From Candidatus Methanospirareceae archaeon (lineage in GTDB: Archaea > Halobacteriota > Syntropharchaeia > Alkanophagales > Methanospirareceae), in the NCBI GenBank assembly GCA_049975405.1, contig JBNGDK010000006.1:1-60523 (forward strand): 60,523 nucleotides of DNA. Reading direction: 5' to 3'. Positions within the stretch are counted from its first letter, which is position 1. The number at the start of each line of letters is the position of its first letter. A program made the position numbers and the translations under genes. Below the pieces are notes generated by a model. The model ran no database searches. It was given only the letters and a program-made list of their open reading frames with translations, and had not been told where the DNA came from. Positions 55,542 to 60,523 of the stretch are shown here, in pieces.

Positions 55542-57344
55542 ATGACGATAAAGGAGGAGTTACCACCGGGAGCAGTACCACCAGAGGAGATTCAGGAGAC
55601 CAATGCGCTCGTCTCGTACACCTTTGCGGACATTTTCAAGTCCACCCTGGGGCCGCTGGGGGCAAAGAAAATGATCACCAGCGCGGCGACGAAGATCGAA
55701 GCCGACGATCTGGTGACCAGCAACGGCTACAGCATCGCACGCGAACTGGCGTACACGCATCCTGCTGCTGATATCCTGATAACTGCAGGACTGTCGCAGG
55801 GCGAACGTGTCGGTGATGGGATCGCGACCGTGATGATTCTGACCGGCGAGCTGGTCTGGCGCGGGTTCGAGCTAAAGAACCTGGGGGTCCATCAGAACGT
55901 GATTGTGAACGGATACGCCAAGGCCGCGGAACGAGCTCGCGAGGTTTTGAGTGAACTTGCGATGCCGGTCGATATAGCGACGAGCGACGAGTATTTGAGA
56001 TGCGTGGCGAAGACCGCATTAAAGAAGGGCGAGTACTGTGACGAGGAGCGGTTGGTAGACGCCATCGTGGCGAGCATCAGACGAATCAGCGAAGATGGCG
56101 AGCGTCCAATCGATGTTGATGAAGTCATTATCGAGGCAAAAGCCGGCGGTAGCGTGGGTGACACGCAATTCATCGAGGGTGTGGTTGTGGACCGGAACGT
56201 TCTGGACGAGCTTCCCAGAGAGATGAAGCATGCGAAGATCGCACTGCTCGATTTCCCCATTGAGCATAAGGAGCCCAGAGTGAAGGGCAGAAAGGAGCTC
56301 CCTACCGGAACCGGTGCTCGTGAACGGAGCAAGGCCGGTGATACGGAGGGCGCTGTTGGGTATTACGTCAAGTTCACCAAGGCATCGCATTTCAAAGAGT
56401 TCCGCGATACACGAGCGCGACTCTTTACGGCGATCATCGATGATGTGATCGCTTCGGGAGCGAACGTGGTCTGCTGCCGCTGGGGTGTGGATGACGACGC
56501 GCTGGACCGATTCCGCCGTGCGGGGATCATGCTGATCAAGCGTGTGAAGATGACCGATTTGCGGCGGTTAGAAAAATCAACCAGGGGAAAGATCGTGCAG
56601 GCGGTCACCGATCTCACGCCGGATAAATTGGGCTCTGCCGGGCGCGTGGTCGAGCGGAGTGTGGGCAACGTCAAATTGGTCTTCTTCGAGGACTGCCCGT
56701 ACAAGAAATCCTCCACCATCCTTATTCGGGGCGCGCATCTCCGAATCCTGGAGGGCATGGTTGGCGATATTAAGAGCGCGATGCAGGCTGTTGCACGATT
56801 AGTCGACGATCCCCGAATCGTACCGGGTGGTGGCGCGGCGGAGGTCGAGTGCGCAGCAGCGCTACGGGCCTATGCACGGACAATCCCCACCAAGGAGCAA
56901 CTGGCGATCAATGCCTTTGCTGATGCACTCGAATGCATCCCAAAAGCGATCGCGAAGAACTGCGGCATGGACATGATCGACACGCTCACCGAACTCAGAG
57001 CGGCGCACTACGCACAGGAGCGTCATGCGGGTATCTCGGGGAATGAGAAGACCGTGAAGGCGGACCTGATGGCAGCGGGCATTGTTGACCCGCTCGCCGT
57101 GAAACTGCAGGCGTTAATCGGCGCGAGTGCTGCAGCCGTGGGCATGATCAAGATCGATGACCTGCATATCGCGAAGAGCGCGGTAGATGAGGAAGCGGCG
57201 AATGTCGAGGCGCAGATCGCAGGCAGGACGAGGGATCTGATCGAGACGGAACGCGAGCCGATGGAGTTCAAGTACAAGGGCGGGCGGTTGAAGTATCCGG
57301 GAACTGAGGGTACGAAGCCGACATCAGTCTATCGGCGGGATTAG
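55542..57344 (+). CDS. Divergent group II chaperonin (thermosome-like paralogue)
   Basis: Colinear with thermosomes (TLGP.G..KM, HPAA, VGDG.., DTQFIEGVV.D, GANVV, VPGGGAAE, GI.DPL.VK). Key nucleotide motifs are altered. GGAGG RBS upstream. Confidence 0.85.
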   Translation: MTIKEELPPGAVPPEEIQETNALVSYTFADIFKSTLGPLGAKKMITSAATKIEADDLVTSNGYSIARELAYTHPAADILITAGLSQGERVGDGIATVMILTGELVWRGFELKNLGVHQNVIVNGYAKAAERAREVLSELAMPVDIATSDEYLRCVAKTALKKGEYCDEERLVDAIVASIRRISEDGERPIDVDEVIIEAKAGGSVGDTQFIEGVVVDRNVLDELPREMKHAKIALLDFPIEHKEPRVKGRKELPTGTGARERSKAGDTEGAVGYYVKFTKASHFKEFRDTRARLFTAIIDDVIASGANVVCCRWGVDDDALDRFRRAGIMLIKRVKMTDLRRLEKSTRGKIVQAVTDLTPDKLGSAGRVVERSVGNVKLVFFEDCPYKKSSTILIRGAHLRILEGMVGDIKSAMQAVARLVDDPRIVPGGGAAEVECAAALRAYARTIPTKEQLAINAFADALECIPKAIAKNCGMDMIDTLTELRAAHYAQERHAGISGNEKTVKADLMAAGIVDPLAVKLQALIGASAAAVGMIKIDDLHIAKSAVDEEAANVEAQIAGRTRDLIETEREPMEFKYKGGRLKYPGTEGTKPTSVYRRD

Positions 57345-57428
57345 TGCAGTAAGAGACCATCCGCAACCACCCGGCTGTCCCGCAAACGAACTCGGAACCG
57401 TCGATACAGAAGGCCATGTCGCGGTAAG

Positions 57429-57596
57429 TTACTTCGCCCGCGTCACGGTCAGCTCGATCTTCTCCCAGTTCGGTTTCACACCCTTCAGGACGCAGACCGA
57501 ACTGGCCATTGCCCGTCCGATAATGTTCTGTACGAACTCCTTCGCCACTATCTCTTTGCCATCAACCACGATCTTCAAATCTACGTTCTCATCCAT
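57429..57596 (-). CDS. Small conserved-looking ORF (55 aa) downstream of moaA
   Basis: Manual translation gives MDENVDLKIVVDGKEIVAKEFVQNIIGRAMASSVCVLKGVKPNWEKIELTVTRAK. GAGGTGA lies 8 nt upstream of the ATG. Below the ORF-track cut-off. Confidence 0.55.
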   Translation of the reverse strand: MDENVDLKIVVDGKEIVAKEFVQNIIGRAMASSVCVLKGVKPNWEKIELTVTRAK

Positions 57597-57661
57597 TTAA
57601 TCAGCTCACCTCTCTTTAGTTAGTTAGTGCTGCTTTATTTTTTGTTGTTCTTATAGGCCAG

Positions 57662-58627
57662 TCACCGGAAATACGGCTCCCGGTATCGCATCGCCAGTCG
57701 CAACTGGTTGAGTATATGCGCCTCATCCGTGCTCTCGACGGGCACGAGATTGTCGTCACGGAGCAAACAGGGCTTCAGCTTACCGTCTGAGGTAACACGC
57801 AGCCGCGAGCAGTTATCACAGAACTCCGTGTTATCGATCGGATGGACAACCTCCACCTCGACACCGTCGATGAAGTACTTCTTCCTGCGCTGCATTCTTC
57901 TCGTGCGCGTCGATGACGCCTTCGCTTTGAGCTCATTCTCGAGCGTGCGGAAATCAGCCTTGTACCGCTCCAGTGGCGGATTGAAGGACGGGATCAGCTC
58001 GATCGGCTGGAGAATGACCGCATTCCCCCTGCCGCGCTCGTTACAGGCGCGCACGAACCGCATCATATCTACGATCTCGTTGTCGTTGATGCCCTTGAGG
58101 AGCACCATATTGAGTTTGATGGGCGTGAGCCCGAGGTCGATCGCGCAGTGAATACCGGCAATCACGCGCGGGAGATTGTGCTTCGTGCGCGTGATGAAGT
58201 CGTACCGATCCTCCTGCAAGGTATCGAGGCTGACATTCACCCGATCAAGGCCCGCATCAACGAGCTCCGCGGCACATTCCTGCAGGAGCACACCGTTTGT
58301 GGTGATCGAGATATCATTCTCAAACGGCCGCATACCCCGAATGAACTCAGGAAGGTCGCGGCGCACTAGTGGCTCGCCGCCCGTGATCTTTATCTTCCTG
58401 ATCCCGAAATGCTCGGAGGCAACGCGAGCGATAGCGATGGCCAGCTCGGGACGTATCTCCTCCCACTCCTGCTTCGGTCTGCTGTCGCCCTCGCGATGGC
58501 AGTAGATGCAATTCAGGAGGCAGCGATCAGTGAGCGCGAACCGCAAGCTCCGTATTGCTCGTCCGTAATCATCCTCCAACCGTTTCTGAACGCCTTTTGC
58601 CACTTCCGATGATTCTTGTGCCGTCAT
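57662..58627 (-). CDS. moaA: GTP 3',8-cyclase MoaA (radical SAM)
   Basis: LRFALTDRCLLNCIYCH, ITGGEPL and a C-terminal CDNCSRLRVTSDGKLKPCL cluster. Start at ATG 58627; the longer ORF would overlap the upstream gene. Confidence 0.85.
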   Translation of the reverse strand: MTAQESSEVAKGVQKRLEDDYGRAIRSLRFALTDRCLLNCIYCHREGDSRPKQEWEEIRPELAIAIARVASEHFGIRKIKITGGEPLVRRDLPEFIRGMRPFENDISITTNGVLLQECAAELVDAGLDRVNVSLDTLQEDRYDFITRTKHNLPRVIAGIHCAIDLGLTPIKLNMVLLKGINDNEIVDMMRFVRACNERGRGNAVILQPIELIPSFNPPLERYKADFRTLENELKAKASSTRTRRMQRRKKYFIDGVEVEVVHPIDNTEFCDNCSRLRVTSDGKLKPCLLRDDNLVPVESTDEAHILNQLRLAMRYREPYFR

Positions 58628-58652
58628 CTCTTTCTGCTGTATGTATGCTCGA

Positions 58653-59240
58653 TTACGTGCCGAGCATACTGATGATAAGGGTAATAATAGCGAGTCCGAG
58701 CGCGAACCCGTAAACGCTGGTGTTCCAGGCAAGGACCTTCTTGCCATCGAGGACACTGACGGGAATGAGATTGAAGACCGCGAGCCATGCGTTGATCGTC
58801 ATGCCAAAGGTGCCAATCAAGCCGATGATGCCGTGAGGTGCGAGCGAGAAGAGCCCGAAGAAGAGGGATGCCAGGAGCACGTTCGTCATCGGGCCGGCGA
58901 GTGCGATCTTACCGTTCTCTGCGCGTGTCAGGTACGGGTTGAAGATCATGACGGCGCCGGGAGCGACGAAGATAAAGCCGAAGAATGCAGTGACGATGGC
59001 GAGGAGCAGCATTTGCGGCGCCATGCGGAATTCTGACCACGCACCGAATCGTTGCGCAACGATCTTATGTGCAAGCTCGTGCAGAATGAAGGCGAGACCA
59101 ACCGTGACGGCGGCGATAGCAAAGATAGTGATTAGATCGAGCGTGTGCCAGCGTCGGAGTATGAGGGTGAACGCGAAGGCTATGGCAAGCCATGCGATCA
59201 CCAGATGCTTCAGCTCAGTCTCGCTCGTTTTTATCGGCAT
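58653..59240 (-). CDS. Peptidase M50 (site-2 protease) family membrane metalloprotease
   Basis: HELAHKIVAQRFG (HExxH) and NLIPVSVLDG motifs. Polytopic. Confidence 0.75.
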   Translation of the reverse strand: MPIKTSETELKHLVIAWLAIAFAFTLILRRWHTLDLITIFAIAAVTVGLAFILHELAHKIVAQRFGAWSEFRMAPQMLLLAIVTAFFGFIFVAPGAVMIFNPYLTRAENGKIALAGPMTNVLLASLFFGLFSLAPHGIIGLIGTFGMTINAWLAVFNLIPVSVLDGKKVLAWNTSVYGFALGLAIITLIISMLGT

Positions 59241-59251
59241 GTCTGTATAAT

Positions 59252-59324
59252 AGCCCGGGACGGATTCGAACCGACGTCACGAGGTCCAGAGCCTCGGATG
59301 ATTGACCGCTACACTACCGGGCTA
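59252..59324 (-). tRNA. tRNA-Gln (anticodon CUG)
   Basis: Reverse complement AGCCCGGTAGTGTAGCGGTCAATCATCCGAGGCTCTGGACCTCGTGACGTCGGTTCGAATCCGTCCCGGGCTA. It has A1:U72 and the anticodon loop CTCTGGA. There is one U-U mismatch in the T stem. Confidence 0.85.
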
Positions 59325-59895
59325 TTTTCTTATCTCTGCTTGCGCGTATAAAAAACTTGGAAATACCGGCTTTGAATTTCAAACCGAAGGAGAACAGTGC
59401 GATAAGCAGAATAACAAGCTCGATACCGCTACTGATTATCGGGATCTCCGGCACGCCGGGTGTGGGCGTGGTAACGTAGACGAGCTCACCGACCGTTCCG
59501 GGTATGAGCCAGGAAAAGAGCAGTGTTAAGCCCTGCTCCTTCAGCCCGAACCAGAACAGCGGGTTGTAACTCGCCCTACTGAAGGGATAGAGCAGGAATA
59601 CGCCATTATAAAACGCGTCGAGAGAGATGTGTACTGCGAACAATACCGAGGCAAAGATGAAGTACCGGTCTTGAAGTGCCGTGACATGGAGCCGCTTGTT
59701 GGCGAGCAGCAGGAGCAGCGGCAGGGCAACGATAATAAGGTTGTGCAGGGTTGCACGATGCACGCCGATAGAGGAATCGAGATCGCTGATGAGCCCGAAC
59801 GGAAGCAAGAGCAGCGCGGGCTTGAACTCGTCATCCCTGAGGAACGCGACAATGATGAAGAGCGTGATGGCGAGATGGAGTCCGATACTAGGCAT
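59314..59895 (-). CDS. Membrane-bound metal-dependent hydrolase-like protein (DUF457/YdjM-like)
   Basis: Polytopic, with His/Asp-containing loops (GLHLA..., SDLDS..GVHRATLHN). The 3' end runs through the tRNA-Gln promoter and the first 11 nt of the tRNA. Confidence 0.5.
   Translation of the reverse strand: MPSIGLHLAITLFIIVAFLRDDEFKPALLLLPFGLISDLDSSIGVHRATLHNLIIVALPLLLLLANKRLHVTALQDRYFIFASVLFAVHISLDAFYNGVFLLYPFSRASYNPLFWFGLKEQGLTLLFSWLIPGTVGELVYVTTPTPGVPEIPIISSGIELVILLIALFSFGLKFKAGISKFFIRASRDKKIAR
59347..59354 (-). promoter_or_regulatory. TATA box (TTTTTATA on the minus strand) for tRNA-Gln
   Basis: About 23 nt upstream of the tRNA 5' end. Confidence 0.45.
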
Positions 59896-60093
59896 GTTCG
59901 AGTACTAAAAGAACCGACGCTCTAAATTAGATTTCTTACCTGACGTGAGCTGAGGCAGAGGGCACCAGGTAGTGAGCACTGAAGGAGAGCACCTGCTACG
60001 CTCTGCCCGCTCGTGAAGTCGCCTTACGTAACGGATATAGCTCGCGCGGTCTGCGGAGTGGATGCGGGACTCGCGTGCGTATCTGGCGATTAC

Positions 60094-60402
60094 TTATTTC
60101 TTGAGCTGGGTTTCCAGGTAATCGCCGACGAAGGTGCCGATGATGAAGATGATCACGAGGATAATCACGCTGATGAAGATGCCGATGACGCTCCCGGCGA
60201 AGAAGACGAGTCCGCCTGCGACCGAGCCGCTGTAATAATAACTGCCGAAGAACACGATGAGCCCGAAGACAACGCCGATGATAATACCGTAGATCGCGCC
60301 TTTCTTGAGCAGCGCCCAGCGATCTTCCGTCCCGGGCTTCATGTATCCGTAGGCCAACCCGGCAAGAAGTACCAGCAGTTCAAACCACATTTTTTTCACC
60401 AC
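60094..60402 (-). CDS. Small membrane protein (102 aa, 3 TM)
   Basis: Hydrophobic ORF. No recognised family. Confidence 0.5.
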   Translation of the reverse strand: MVKKMWFELLVLLAGLAYGYMKPGTEDRWALLKKGAIYGIIIGVVFGLIVFFGSYYYSGSVAGGLVFFAGSVIGIFISVIILVIIFIIGTFVGDYLETQLKK

Positions 60403-60523
60403 CTAGCATAGCAACAGGTGAAGAAGCCATATAAATGTTTCGGATGACTTGGCTTCATCCCCAAAAGGTGAAGAGATGTTCCCATTCATGTCCTTCCAAC
60501 TTACTGGCATTTTCCTGAGACGT

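Noticed and set aside
59252-59354. Overlap of the hydrolase-like ORF tail with tRNA-Gln and its promoter, plus the U-U mismatch in the tRNA T stem, as a sign of a tRNA pseudogene or integration site
   Set aside because: The acceptor, anticodon and D arms are intact and a well-placed TATA box is present. There is no duplicated tRNA 3' fragment or integrase nearby. The overlap is most simply a fortuitously open ORF tail.
1-60523. CRISPR arrays, rRNA genes, transposases and integrases
   Set aside because: Apart from the repeats listed in the features, I saw no regularly spaced direct repeats with unique spacers. I saw no rRNA-like conserved segments in the short intergenic gaps. No ORF has DDE, tyrosine or serine recombinase motifs.

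Overview
Densely coding archaeal chromosome segment, moderately GC-rich. It is euryarchaeal and probably methanogen-related, judging by an FrhB-like F420 subunit, A-type ATPase subunit I, thermosome, Taw1, TFE and Orc1/Cdc6; the species cannot be resolved from sequence alone.

Core content:
- The exosome superoperon (psmA-SBDS-rrp4-rrp41-rrp42).
- Ribosomal protein genes: S17e, S15, uL24, S8e, L7Ae-S28e-L24e.
- aspS, ABCE1, ftsY, prefoldin alpha, Orc1/Cdc6, tsaC, taw1, moaA, dapA, adenine deaminase.
- Two tRNAs: Ala-CGC and Gln-CUG.
- Many isoprenoid/lipid genes: HMG-CoA synthase plus thiolase, an AcnX swivel (DUF126) protein, two geranylgeranyl-reductase paralogues and a Tes/GDGT-MAS-like radical SAM protein.

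Three genes shorter than 60 aa are missing from the ORF track and were found by manual translation:
- L24e (34275-34448).
- A 53-aa 4xCxxC zinc-ribbon protein (24814-24975).
- A 55-aa ORF downstream of moaA (57429-57596).

Accessory or unusual content:
1. At the left contig edge (189-5145), a co-directional cluster contains a duplicated module. Each copy is a small helical phage-adaptor-like protein followed by a seven-bladed Asp-box propeller with no signal peptide. The cluster also has nucleotide-identical internal repeats and a (TCCTA)n microsatellite in its internal promoter region. This is the best candidate here for a virus-derived or undescribed system.
2. A 605-bp AT-rich cassette (41832-42436) is bounded by 36-bp imperfect inverted repeats. 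It carries a single four-helix-bundle (S23-IVS/Avd-like) gene and supplies the last codons and the stop of the neighbouring radical SAM gene.
3. A divergent thermosome paralogue has degenerate nucleotide-binding motifs.
4. Toxin-antitoxin loci are decaying: the AbiEii toxin is frameshifted, vapC is truncated and one antitoxin is orphaned, while HicAB is intact.
5. The rrp42-tfe spacer is GC-rich and structured.

No CRISPR array, rRNA, integrase or transposase gene was recognised.
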